NCBI RefSeq assembly: GCF_000175255.2 | Contig: NC_017262.1 | Coordinates: forward strand, 1,950,001 to 1,982,000 | Length of the DNA: 32,000 nucleotides | From: Zymomonas mobilis subsp. mobilis ATCC 10988 | GTDB taxonomy: Bacteria > Pseudomonadota > Alphaproteobacteria > Sphingomonadales > Sphingomonadaceae | Reading direction: 5' to 3' | In this document: positions 20,289-29,411 of the stretch, piece after piece | How positions within the stretch are numbered: the first letter of the stretch is position 1 | Layout of the letters: each line of letters opens with the position of its first letter | Notes under the pieces: model-generated | Told to the model about the DNA's origin: nothing | What the model saw: the letters and a program-made list of their open reading frames with translations, nothing else | Databases searched by the model: none | Program-made: the position numbers and the translations under genes

Positions 20289-20535
20289 TAACCTGCTTTG
20301 ATAAATAAAAAAGAACAAAGCATTACCACAAATGTGGCTTAATTCTCGCTATATATAGGGGCAACTCTATCCGTGGCGTTTATAAAAATCACAACGTCTG
20401 GGGGCGACGTATGATTTTAAATTGCCAAAGTAAGCGTGAATTTATAAAGAGAAATAGTTGGAGCCTGCGCCTTTAAACAGCGCAGATTTCTCTGATTTTT
20501 TACTGGGGTAATTCAAAATTTGACGGAGAAATGTT

Positions 20536-20967
20536 GTGCGGCAGATCAATATTGAAACGCTTTGTGCGCAAAAAGGTCTGCGGATAACAGGTCAAAGAAG
20601 GGTTATTGCTCAGGTTTTATCTGAAGCCGAAGATCATCCCGATGTCGAGTCTCTTTACGAACGGGCATCTGCGATTGATTCCGGTATTTCGATTGCTACC
20701 GTCTATCGTACCGTGCGCTTATTTGAAGAAGCCGGTATTCTTGAACGTCATGATTTTGGCGATGGCCGCGCGCGTTACGAGGCTTCCCCCGAAGATCATC
20801 ACGATCATCTTATAGATGTGGAATCTGGAAAGATTATCGAATTTTCAGATGAAGACATGGAAAGCCTGCAAAAAATAATCGCCGAACGCTTGGGATATAA
20901 ATTGGTCGATCACCGCTTGGAATTATACGGTGTCCCGTTGAATCGTTCGCCTAAATCATCGAAATAA
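20536..20967 (+). CDS. fur: Fur family transcriptional regulator
   Basis: GLRITGQRRVIAQVLSEAEDHPDVESLYERA, SIATVYRTVRLFEEAGILERHDFGDGRARYE, HHDHLIDVESGKIIEF. Confidence 0.93.
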   Translation: MRQINIETLCAQKGLRITGQRRVIAQVLSEAEDHPDVESLYERASAIDSGISIATVYRTVRLFEEAGILERHDFGDGRARYEASPEDHHDHLIDVESGKIIEFSDEDMESLQKIIAERLGYKLVDHRLELYGVPLNRSPKSSK

Positions 20968-21035
20968 AATAATGATCGGGTTTTAGTTATTTTGATGACG
21001 ATTCCGTCGTGATTTTTAATAAAAGCACTAAAAAA

Positions 21036-21059
21036 GCGACAGACTTTTCAGCCTGTCGC
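21036..21059. terminator. Hairpin between convergent fur and bfr, likely terminator
   Basis: GCGACAG-N10-CTGTCGC inverted repeat in the convergent intergenic region. The T tract is imperfect. Confidence 0.5.
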
Positions 21060-21086
21060 CCTTCTTATCGCTTTTTAAAGCGCTGA

Positions 21087-21578
21087 TTATTCTTCAGAGG
21101 CTTCAGCCGTCTGGCTGTTAAGCTGAATATAGCCTTGAATACCCATCCGTTCGATCAATTTTAACTGGGTATCAAGACCATCAGCATGGCCTTCCTCTTC
21201 TTTCAAGATAGACAAAAGAAGATCTCTTGTTCCGAAATCGCTATGCTTTTCACAGCATTGGATCGCTTCTTTATAGAGCGGAATTGCATCATCCACTTCC
21301 AAAGCTAAATCAGCTTTAATGATCTCTTCGACATTTTCGCCAATTCTAAGATGGCCAATATCCTGAAAATTCGGGAAGCCCTCTAAAAACAAAAGGCGCT
21401 TGGCCAATTTGTCGGCATGTTTCATTTCATCAATGGAATTTGACCGTTCCAGATCAGCGAGCTTGTCGATGCCCCAATCTTCAGCAATGCGATAATGCAG
21501 AAAATACTGATTGATAGATGTCAGTTCGCTTTTTAACAGCGTATTAAGATGGTCAATGACCTCTTTATGGCCCTTCAT
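21087..21578 (-). CDS. bfr: Bacterioferritin
   Basis: MKGHKEVIDHLNTLLKSELTSINQYFLHYRI, SIDEMKHADKL (haem Met52 and ferroxidase Glu51/His54), LEGFPNFQDIG. Confidence 0.96.
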   Translation of the reverse strand: MKGHKEVIDHLNTLLKSELTSINQYFLHYRIAEDWGIDKLADLERSNSIDEMKHADKLAKRLLFLEGFPNFQDIGHLRIGENVEEIIKADLALEVDDAIPLYKEAIQCCEKHSDFGTRDLLLSILKEEEGHADGLDTQLKLIERMGIQGYIQLNSQTAEASEE

Positions 21579-21689
21579 GGATGCTACCTTTTGCTTTTTA
21601 CAACCCTAATTAGGATATAAACGAGGTAACAGCTATCAGGTTGCACAGATTCTCTTTATTCTGCGCGAAATCGGGCGTCTGATAATATT

Positions 21690-21863
21690 TTAAACAGTCT
21701 CTTCTTGTGCTTCTGCGATAACTTTTTGGACACATTTTCCGCATTTACCACAGCAGAATTTAACACCTATTTTTTTATAGGCTTGCCCCGGCGTGACCGC
21801 ACCTTGTCGCACAGCAGCTTTGATCGCTTGATCGCTTACAGTGTTACAATGGCAAATAATCAC
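21690..21863 (-). CDS. bfd: Bacterioferritin-associated ferredoxin (2Fe-2S), absent from the supplied ORF track
   Basis: Minus-strand translation from GTG 21863: (M)IICHCNTVSDQAIKAAVRQGAVTPGQAYKKIGVKFCCGKCGKCVQKVIAEAQEETV*. It has the BFD-like CxC...CxxC cysteine arrangement, is 57 aa long and lies directly upstream of bfr. Confidence 0.92.
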   Translation of the reverse strand: MIICHCNTVSDQAIKAAVRQGAVTPGQAYKKIGVKFCCGKCGKCVQKVIAEAQEETV

Positions 21864-21925
21864 TCTCAAACCCCTTTATCCTCGAATGGCTTAAAATCGC
21901 CTTCCTTCTTAGATATAACTCCCAT

Positions 21926-21944
21926 GATAATGATAACAAGTATC
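21926..21944. promoter_or_regulatory. Candidate Fur box upstream of bfd-bfr
   Basis: GATAATGATAACAAGTATC matches the classical Fur consensus GATAATGATAATCATTATC at 16 of 19 positions by manual alignment, about 63 nt upstream of the bfd start. Confidence 0.7.
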
Positions 21945-22120
21945 AATATTAAATATAACAAAAATTAAAAGAGTGATGCTTAGAATAGCGGCTTGTTCCA
22001 AAAGGATGAGGCCTTAACCCGTAAAATAACGAGGGCTGCCCCCTATAATTTCCTTGATTGCCATCCTGAAAATAGAGGAAAAGGGCTAGAAAAGATCAGG
22101 CTATGTGCCGGAGGAAGCTG

Positions 22121-22921
22121 ATGCACCCACTTTATAAAGCTGTTGCAACTTTAATGTATGAAGTTGCGAATGATTTACTTGTCCCGCGTTTCCGTCATTT
22201 ATCAGAAAATGAAATCGCAGAGAAAGAACCCGGCGATTATGTGACGGTGGTCGATAAGGAATCAGAAAAGCGGATTACCGAGCAATTAGCCAAATTCTTG
22301 CCAGAGGCTTATATTGTGGGTGAGGAAGCAACCGCTGCCGATACGAGCTTGCTCAAAAATCTCAAAAAAGGCTTGGCTTGGACAGTGGATCCGCTGGATG
22401 GCACCGGTAATTATGCCGCTGGCCAAACGCCCTATGCCATGATGATCGCGCTATTAGGCGATGGTGAGCCACAGGCCGGATGGATTCTTGACCCTGTTTC
22501 CGGCAGGATGTGCCATGCTTCCAAAGGGCAGGGGGCTTTTGTCGATGGTGAACGGGTAACAACGCGCAGCACCGGACAAGATATTCCCGTGGTGGCTCTG
22601 TCCGCGCGGGTGACCTCTGATAATCTCCGCCCAGATTTTGATAAACATCACCCTCTCAGCCATGGCATCACCTTGGCGCCATCGCCTCTTTGTGCCGGTG
22701 AGCAATATCCTCGCATTGTTTTGGGTGAAAATGATGCTGCGGTTTTTTGGCGTAGCTGGCCTTGGGATCATGCCCCGGGTTCTCTGTTTCTGGAAGAAGC
22801 GGGCGGTAAATTGGCACGCTTTGATGGCTCGGCCTATGACACCTCTGATTGCAGTCATGGGATGTTAGGTGCCAATTCTCCTGCGATGTGGGATCAGGTG
22901 GCCGAATCCCTGCTGCGTTAA
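22121..22921 (+). CDS. Inositol monophosphatase family protein
   Basis: VGEEATAAD, WTVDPLDGTGNYAAG, WPWDHAPGSLFLEEAGGKLARFDG. ATG 22121 follows GGAGGAAG and is preferred to the ORF-track start at 22103. Confidence 0.93.
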   Translation: MHPLYKAVATLMYEVANDLLVPRFRHLSENEIAEKEPGDYVTVVDKESEKRITEQLAKFLPEAYIVGEEATAADTSLLKNLKKGLAWTVDPLDGTGNYAAGQTPYAMMIALLGDGEPQAGWILDPVSGRMCHASKGQGAFVDGERVTTRSTGQDIPVVALSARVTSDNLRPDFDKHHPLSHGITLAPSPLCAGEQYPRIVLGENDAAVFWRSWPWDHAPGSLFLEEAGGKLARFDGSAYDTSDCSHGMLGANSPAMWDQVAESLLR

Positions 22922-23098
22922 TAGCGTATCCTTGACGCTTCTGGGCATAAAAGCGGGCTTTTTTCTAAAAGTCCGCTTTGTCTATAGGGATTCCAAGATC
23001 TTTATTTAAATTACAGTTTAGAAAAACAAGCTTTCATTCTGCTTTGCCATTATTTCAGGTCAGGTAATTGCGTTTTGGCCAATGCCATGCTTTACCTG

Positions 23099-25306
23099 AT
23101 GCCCATGTCCAAAATTCTGATAGGCGCTATTGCTGCTGTTATGATGTCCACACCTGCTTTAGCAGACCGTTTAACGCTAGACAGGGTTTTTGCCAGCCCG
23201 TCTTTATCTGGTTCTGCGCCGCGCGCGCTTTCGCTTTCGCCTGACGGGCGTTATGCGACTTTGCTGCGTTCTCGTCCTGACGATCTTAATCGTTATGATT
23301 TATGGGCGATTGACACCACCACCGGCGAAAGTCGGATGCTGATTGATTCCAAAAAAGTTGGCTCTGGTGCCGAAATTTCCGAAGCTGAAAAAATGCGACG
23401 GGAAAGGGCGCGGGTCGGGGGTAGTCTCGGCATCGTCAGCTATAATTGGTCGCCTGATGGTAAAACTATTCTGGTGCCTTTGGACGGCGATCTTTATCTC
23501 GCCTCTCTTGACGGTTCGGTGCAACAAGTCACCCATACGGCGGCCACCGAAGTTGATGCACAAGTTTCTGCAACAGGCCACTATCTTTCCTTTGTTCGCG
23601 ATCAGAATTTATTCGTCATCGACCTGAAAAATAATCAGGAACAGGCCTTAAGTCAGGATGGCGGCGGTAGCCTGACATGGGGTTCGGCCGAATTTGTCGC
23701 ACAAGAAGAAATGAGCCGGACAAAAGGCCATTGGTGGTCACCGGATGACAGTCGTCTGGCCGTGGCGCGGGTTGATGAAAGTCAGGTTCATATCGTTACC
23801 CGTGCGGCTATTGGTGCCAACGGGACACAAACCTATCAGCAACGTTATCCTATGGCAGGCACGCCCAATGCCAAGGTTGAACTTTACCTGATGAATCCCG
23901 ATGGCTCGAGGAAGGTAACGGTCGATCTCGGCAATAACGATGATATTTATCTGGCACGGGTTAATTGGTCGCCCGATAGCCAATCGCTTTACGTCCAGCG
24001 CGAAAGCCGCGATCAGCAACAGCTGGATTTATTAAAAGTCGATAGCCATACCGGTCAAAGCCAGCTTCTCTTCTCCGAAACCTCCAAAAGCTGGATCAAT
24101 CTCAATAATGATCTCCAGATTTTAAAAGATGACAGCCTGATATGGGCTTCGGAAAGAAGCGGCTATCGCCATCTCTATCACTGGCAAAAAGGTAAATGGA
24201 CAACGCTGACCCAAGGTGACTGGATGACCTTGGGGGTTGTCGGTCTCGATCAGAAAAAAGGCCTGCTTTATTTTCTAGCCAATAAATCGACCCCGATCGA
24301 ACAGCATCTTTACGTTATTGATTACCATCACCCGTCAGAACCTCGGCAGCTTACCGAAGCTGGATGGTATAATAATGCGGTTATGGATAAAGGCGCGAAC
24401 CGCCTTTTGATTGGTCGTTCCAATACATCACAGCCGCCACAGGTTTATCTTGCGGATACCAAAGGAAAACGGCTGAGCTGGATTGAAGAAAACAAGCTGG
24501 ATGCTCGCCATCCCTATGCGCCTTATTTGGCTGAACATGCTAAAACCGAATTTGGCAGCCTCAAGGCCAATGATGGCAAAAGGCTTTATTACAAGATTTT
24601 ATCACCCAAGAGAGTCGCCGGTCAAAAATATCCGGTCTTTATTCAGGTTTATAATGGGCCTGATGTCGGACGGCAGGTAACACAGGGCTGGACGTCCCCC
24701 TTGCATCAATATCTGGTATCCAAAGGCTGGATTGTCTTTTCAATAGACGGCCGTGGTTCACCACAACGGGGCAAGGCTTTTGAAGAACCGATTTACAAAG
24801 CCATGGGTACCGTCGAAGTCGAAGACCAGCTAACAGGTCTCAACTGGCTTAAATCACAAGACTATGTCGATGCCAAACGGATCGCTGTTTTTGGTTGGTC
24901 ATATGGCGGCTATATGGTGCAAAAATTGCTTCAAAAAGCCCCCGGACAATATAGTGCAGGGGTCTCCGGTGCGCCGGTGATCCGTTGGGACTTGTATGAC
25001 ACCCATTACACGGAACGTTTTTTAGGCAATCCGGCTCTTGATCCACAGCCTTACCAAAAATCCGATGCCCTTAGTGATGCCTTAAAATTATCTGATCCGA
25101 TGCTGCTTATTCATGGCATGGCCGATGATAATGTTGTATTCGACAACTCGGTTGCTCTGGTCTCGAAATTGCAGGAAGGTGATAAATCTTTCGAATTTAT
25201 GGCCTATCCGGGTGAAACCCATCGAATCGCGGGTGAACAAAAACAACGTCACCTCTGGCATATGATTGAGAAATTTCTCGATAGAACAACAAAATGTCGT
25301 GAGTAA
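23099..25306 (+). CDS. S9 family serine peptidase (dipeptidyl peptidase IV-like) with signal peptide
   Basis: GWSYGGYMVQ nucleophile motif, MLLIHGMADDNVVFDNSV, PGETHRI, N-terminal beta-propeller-like WSPD repeats. The start among 23075/23087/23099 is uncertain. Confidence 0.92.
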   Translation: MPMSKILIGAIAAVMMSTPALADRLTLDRVFASPSLSGSAPRALSLSPDGRYATLLRSRPDDLNRYDLWAIDTTTGESRMLIDSKKVGSGAEISEAEKMRRERARVGGSLGIVSYNWSPDGKTILVPLDGDLYLASLDGSVQQVTHTAATEVDAQVSATGHYLSFVRDQNLFVIDLKNNQEQALSQDGGGSLTWGSAEFVAQEEMSRTKGHWWSPDDSRLAVARVDESQVHIVTRAAIGANGTQTYQQRYPMAGTPNAKVELYLMNPDGSRKVTVDLGNNDDIYLARVNWSPDSQSLYVQRESRDQQQLDLLKVDSHTGQSQLLFSETSKSWINLNNDLQILKDDSLIWASERSGYRHLYHWQKGKWTTLTQGDWMTLGVVGLDQKKGLLYFLANKSTPIEQHLYVIDYHHPSEPRQLTEAGWYNNAVMDKGANRLLIGRSNTSQPPQVYLADTKGKRLSWIEENKLDARHPYAPYLAEHAKTEFGSLKANDGKRLYYKILSPKRVAGQKYPVFIQVYNGPDVGRQVTQGWTSPLHQYLVSKGWIVFSIDGRGSPQRGKAFEEPIYKAMGTVEVEDQLTGLNWLKSQDYVDAKRIAVFGWSYGGYMVQKLLQKAPGQYSAGVSGAPVIRWDLYDTHYTERFLGNPALDPQPYQKSDALSDALKLSDPMLLIHGMADDNVVFDNSVALVSKLQEGDKSFEFMAYPGETHRIAGEQKQRHLWHMIEKFLDRTTKCRE

Positions 25307-25412
25307 CGCTAATTAACTCTTTTTTTATATCGGTCATTCCATCCTTGATAAAATAATATAAAGGATGGCGCGTTAATACGGTTTAGACTGATAAGTATAA
25401 GTGGAGAAAATA

Positions 25413-26438
25413 ATGGGATATCGGGTCGTAGTCGCAGGCGCTACCGGTAACGTAGGCCGTGAAATGTTGGCGATTCTGGCTGAACGTGAATTCCCGGTTG
25501 ACGAACTGGCTGTTCTGGCTTCGGCACGCAGTCAGGGTACGCCAATCGAATTTGGCGATAGCGGCAAAGTTGTAAAAGTCCAGAATATCGAAAATTTCGA
25601 TTGGAAGGGCTGGGATATCGCGCTGTTCGCCGTCGGTTCAGAAGCCACCCAAAAATATGCTCCCATTGCTGCCGCAGCAGGCTGCACGGTTATTGATAAC
25701 TCTTCTTTGTTCCGTATGGATCCGGATGTGCCTTTGGTGGTGCCGGAAGTCAATCCAGACGCGATTGATCTTTATACAAAGAAGAATATCATCGCTAACC
25801 CGAATTGCTCGACTGCCCAGCTCGTGGTTGCTTTAAAGCCATTGCACGATGCGGCAAAGATCAAACGCGTTGTTGTCACGACCTACCAGTCGGTTTCTGG
25901 CGCGGGTAAAGCGGGCATGGACGAATTATTCGAGCAGAGCCGCGCGATTTTCGTTGGTGACCCGATCGAACCGAAAAAATTCACCAAGCAGATCGCTTTC
26001 AACATCATTCCGCATATTGATGTCTTCCTTGATGATGGTTTCACCAAAGAAGAATGGAAGATGGTGGTTGAAACCAAAAAGATCGTTGATCCCAAAATCA
26101 AATTGGTTGCGACCTGCGCTCGTGTTCCGGTTTTCGTCAGCCATGCCGAAGCCGTCAGCATCGAATTTGAAAATGAATTAAGCGCCGATCAGGCACGCGA
26201 AATCCTGCGCGAAGCTCCGGGCGTTATGGTTGTCGATAAACATGAAGATGGCGGTTACATCACGCCGGTCGAAGCGGTTGGTGAATTTGCTACCTATGTC
26301 AGCCGTATTCGTGAAGACCCGACGGTTGATAACGGATTGGTTATCTGGGTTGTTTCCGACAATCTGCGTAAAGGTGCGGCTTTGAATGCTGTTCAGATCG
26401 CTGAATTGCTGGGTCGTCGTCACCTGAAAAAAGGCTGA
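25413..26438 (+). CDS. asd: Aspartate-semialdehyde dehydrogenase
   Basis: YRVVVAGATGNVGREMLAILAEREFPVDEL, IIANPNCSTAQLVVALKPLHD, TYQSVSGAGKAGMDEL. Start ATG 25413 follows GGAG. Confidence 0.97.
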   Translation: MGYRVVVAGATGNVGREMLAILAEREFPVDELAVLASARSQGTPIEFGDSGKVVKVQNIENFDWKGWDIALFAVGSEATQKYAPIAAAAGCTVIDNSSLFRMDPDVPLVVPEVNPDAIDLYTKKNIIANPNCSTAQLVVALKPLHDAAKIKRVVVTTYQSVSGAGKAGMDELFEQSRAIFVGDPIEPKKFTKQIAFNIIPHIDVFLDDGFTKEEWKMVVETKKIVDPKIKLVATCARVPVFVSHAEAVSIEFENELSADQAREILREAPGVMVVDKHEDGGYITPVEAVGEFATYVSRIREDPTVDNGLVIWVVSDNLRKGAALNAVQIAELLGRRHLKKG

Positions 26439-26470
26439 TAGGCTTTTTGCTATCACCATAATAGCTATTC

Positions 26471-26502
26471 AAAAGGCGGGTTATCTCAATAGCCCGCCTT
26501 TT
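26471..26502 (+). terminator. Intrinsic terminator downstream of asd
   Basis: AAAAGGCGGG-N12-CCCGCCTTTT followed by ATTTTA, located just after the asd stop. Confidence 0.85.
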
Positions 26503-26655
26503 ATTTTACAGATAAACTTACCGCCCGCTATAAGTCTAAAGACACAGAAATATTTTCCCGTTTTACCGGAAATGCAGTGTTACAATGTCTATTTTTGTCC
26601 TATAAGTCATCCTGATAATTTATTATGATTTTATTCTATAAACTGGAATGATCTT

Positions 26656-27408
26656 ATGGCCGCTTCCTTGAAAACGGCATATTTTACAGCCGATGACGGC
26701 GTTAAATTAGCATGGCATGAAATGGGCGATGGCTTCCCGATTGTCTTGCTTCACGGACTTTTTTCTTCAGCCGCAACCAATTGGATAAAACCCGGCCATG
26801 CCGATTTTCTAGCAAAATCCGGTTTTCGGGTCATTATGCCTGATCTAAGAGGTCATGGGGAAAGCGGTTATCAAACCGGCGCTTGGCCAAAAACTATCCT
26901 GACACAGGATTGTCGCCAGTTGGTCGAGCAGCTCGGCTTAAAAAACTGGGTTCTTGGCGGCTATTCACTTGGCGCTCGTATTTCTGCCCATTTCTACTGG
27001 GAAAATGGCCATCCAGAAATGCTTGTTCTTGCGGGTATGGGACTAGAAGGCCTAACAAATAGCTATCTCAATCTCGACCTTTTCCGGCGCGCGATCGAGC
27101 AGGATGATTTTCCCCAAGCCTCTATTGAACGTTTCATACAAGGCTTTTTTCGCCAGAGCGGATGTAACAAAGAGGCCATGATCGCTTTGCTTGAAAGCCA
27201 ATCCCCGCTATCGCCGGATCAGGTATCACAAATATCAGCAAAGACATTAGTCTTATCAGGGAAGCAAGATCAATTTAACGGCTCCCCCCTCAAACTGAAA
27301 GACATGTTACCCAATGCGGCGATCGCATGGGTAAAGGGCGATCATATGAGCGCGGTTGGACAACGATCTTTAGCTGTTGATATCGTCGATTTTATGAAAA
27401 AGTCATAA
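26656..27408 (+). CDS. Alpha/beta fold hydrolase
   Basis: FPIVLLHGLFSSAATNW, VIMPDLRGHGES, WVLGGYSLGARIS nucleophile elbow, LVLSGKQDQF, C-terminal KGDHMSAV. Confidence 0.93.
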   Translation: MAASLKTAYFTADDGVKLAWHEMGDGFPIVLLHGLFSSAATNWIKPGHADFLAKSGFRVIMPDLRGHGESGYQTGAWPKTILTQDCRQLVEQLGLKNWVLGGYSLGARISAHFYWENGHPEMLVLAGMGLEGLTNSYLNLDLFRRAIEQDDFPQASIERFIQGFFRQSGCNKEAMIALLESQSPLSPDQVSQISAKTLVLSGKQDQFNGSPLKLKDMLPNAAIAWVKGDHMSAVGQRSLAVDIVDFMKKS

Positions 27409-27637
27409 TGGATGTATTTCCATCAGTGATTTTCTAAAATTCAGAAAGTGAATGAACTGACTTTTTTCAGGGATAGATGAATTTTATACAGCTCAACAGT
27501 AATCATTGTTTTTGCTAGGTTAGAATGGTTGATTCGCGAATTCTGCTGCTCTCGGATAGAGATATAATGGCTTTATAATGTCGTCTTCATGAATTCAGTT
27601 ACCCAATTTTTGTTTTTTTGCAGGAGTATTTATCTTT

Positions 27638-28432
27638 ATGCCATTGGGACAGCAAATAGCGCCATATCTCCCTTTACTCCGTCGCTATGCGCGGGCTCTT
27701 ACCGGAGATCAGACCTCGGGTGACCGGCTGGTTCGGGCTACTTTGGAAGCCATCATTGCCGCTCCTGAAATTTTCCCGCATGATGTTGACCCGCGTCTTG
27801 GTCTTTATACGGTTTTCCACCGCTTATGGCAGCAGCATACCGCCAGCCTTTCCGCTGCCAATCATGACGAAGAAGGCAAGGCCGGTATTGCCTACAGCCG
27901 TCTTGCACCGATTACGCCAAAATCACGGCAGGCTCTGCTTCTGACGGCAATGGAAGGTTTCTCGCCCAAGGATTCCGCCTATCTGATGGATGTATCCGAA
28001 GATCAGATTGACGTATGGCTGCAAGAAGCAATTTCCGAAATTGATCGCCAGATTCACAGCAAGGTGCTGATTGTCGAAGATGAACCGATCATCGCCTTTG
28101 ATATTGAAAGTCTTGTCCGCGATTTGGGACATGATGTCATTGGCATCGCAACGACCCGCGATGAGGCGGTCTCTATGGCCAAATCGAACCCGCCGGGATT
28201 GATTTTGTCTGACATTCAGCTCGCTGATGACAGCTCCGGTATCGATGCGGTTCAAGACATTCTGAAAGAAATTGATGTTCCGGTAATTTTCATCACGGCT
28301 TTCCCCGAACGTCTTTTGACCGGAGAACGTCCAGAGCCGACTTTTTTGATTACCAAACCGTTTCAAGTGGATACAATTAAGGCTACTATTGCACAGGCTT
28401 TATTCTGTAATCCTCTAAGTCTCGCCGCCTGA
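27638..28432 (+). CDS. phyR: PhyR-type anti-anti-sigma response regulator (sigma-like domain plus receiver domain)
   Basis: N-terminal ECF-sigma-like domain (PLLRRYARALTGDQTSGDRLVRATLEA) fused to a C-terminal receiver domain (VLIVEDEPIIAFDIESLVRDLGHDVIGIA...LILSDIQLADDSSGIDAV...PVIFITAFPERLL). Confidence 0.95.
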   Translation: MPLGQQIAPYLPLLRRYARALTGDQTSGDRLVRATLEAIIAAPEIFPHDVDPRLGLYTVFHRLWQQHTASLSAANHDEEGKAGIAYSRLAPITPKSRQALLLTAMEGFSPKDSAYLMDVSEDQIDVWLQEAISEIDRQIHSKVLIVEDEPIIAFDIESLVRDLGHDVIGIATTRDEAVSMAKSNPPGLILSDIQLADDSSGIDAVQDILKEIDVPVIFITAFPERLLTGERPEPTFLITKPFQVDTIKATIAQALFCNPLSLAA

Positions 28433-28499
28433 TTTTCAGACGGGGTATAAAAAGGCTTGTTTATTGCGCCCGTATCTCAAGATTTTGACGGAGGACAGC

Positions 28500-29198
28500 A
28501 TGATCGAAAATCATGAAAAAGAGACAAATTCTCCGGCTTTTGATTCTTCAAAATTAGCAAAAGACAAAAAGGATTCTTCTCCAATTACTGATGATACGGG
28601 CGATAAACCGGAACATATTTCCTTATCCGACGAAGATTTCAGAATCCAGCTTGCCGAAGTCATTCCCCATCTCCGTGCTTTCGGCCGCTCACTTTCGGGC
28701 AATCGTGACGTTGCCGATGATCTGGTGCAAGAAACGCTGTTAAAGGCATGGGGCGCACGTCAAAGATTTCAGGCTGGCACCAGTATGCGGGCTTGGACTT
28801 TTATTATTTTGCGTAACCTATTCCTGTCTCAAATGCGGCGTTCTCGCTTCAGAAGTGAATGGAATGAAGAGGCTGCTGCCAAACAATTGGTTGTTTCTGC
28901 CGGACAAGATCAGAATTTGATCTTGGGCGATATCCAGCGTGCCTTGGGACATCTTCCTACCGCTCAACGCGAAGCCTTGATCCTCATCGGGGCAGGGGGC
29001 TTTTCTTACGAAGAAGCGGCTGACATTTGCGATTGTGCGGTTGGTACGATCAAAAGTCGGGTGGCGCGCGGACGTGCAGCCTTAGAAAAATTGGTGGATG
29101 GTGAAACGCTGGCTTCCCGTCATAATTCCGAAAGTTCAACACGCTCTGCGCTCGATATGATTATGGATGAAGTAAGCGACCTTAGTAACGGCCGCTAG
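28500..29198 (+). CDS. ecfG: EcfG-family extracytoplasmic function sigma factor (general stress response)
   Basis: IPHLRAFGRSLSGNRDVADDLVQETLLKAWGARQRFQAGTSMRAWTFIILRNLFLSQMRRSRFRSEW; LPTAQREALILIGAGGFSYEEAADICDCAVGTIKSRVARGRAAL. Adjacent to phyR. Start ATG 28500 has a GGAGGA Shine-Dalgarno. Confidence 0.92.
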   Translation: MIENHEKETNSPAFDSSKLAKDKKDSSPITDDTGDKPEHISLSDEDFRIQLAEVIPHLRAFGRSLSGNRDVADDLVQETLLKAWGARQRFQAGTSMRAWTFIILRNLFLSQMRRSRFRSEWNEEAAAKQLVVSAGQDQNLILGDIQRALGHLPTAQREALILIGAGGFSYEEAADICDCAVGTIKSRVARGRAALEKLVDGETLASRHNSESSTRSALDMIMDEVSDLSNGR

Positions 29199-29247
29199 GC
29201 CGTTCTTTTGGCGTAATAAAATTGCAGGACAAAGGTCAAATTTCCGC

Positions 29248-29278
29248 GCAGGAAATGCCCTTTTTTCCTGCTTTTTTT
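29248..29278 (+). terminator. Intrinsic terminator downstream of ecfG
   Basis: GCAGGAAA-N8-TTTCCTGC followed by TTTTTTT. Confidence 0.85.
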
Positions 29279-29411
29279 GTAAAAAGAGCGTCTCTCTTTT
29301 CCTGAAAATGATTTGAACGCATCAGAGCTTCTATTCAGCGTATCTGTGACCGCATCCCCTTGCCCATTTGTTGAATAACAGTATCAATAAAAAGGCTGAT
29401 GGGAGAAGGTA

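Noticed and set aside
20394-20410. Short inverted repeat ACGTC-N7-GACGT upstream of fur
   Set aside because: Only 5-bp arms, so it is expected by chance and does not resemble a Fur box.
27923-28366. 147-aa minus-strand ORF across phyR, considered as a possible nepR or kinase fragment
   Set aside because: The translation resembles neither NepR nor a kinase and is antisense to the phyR receiver domain.
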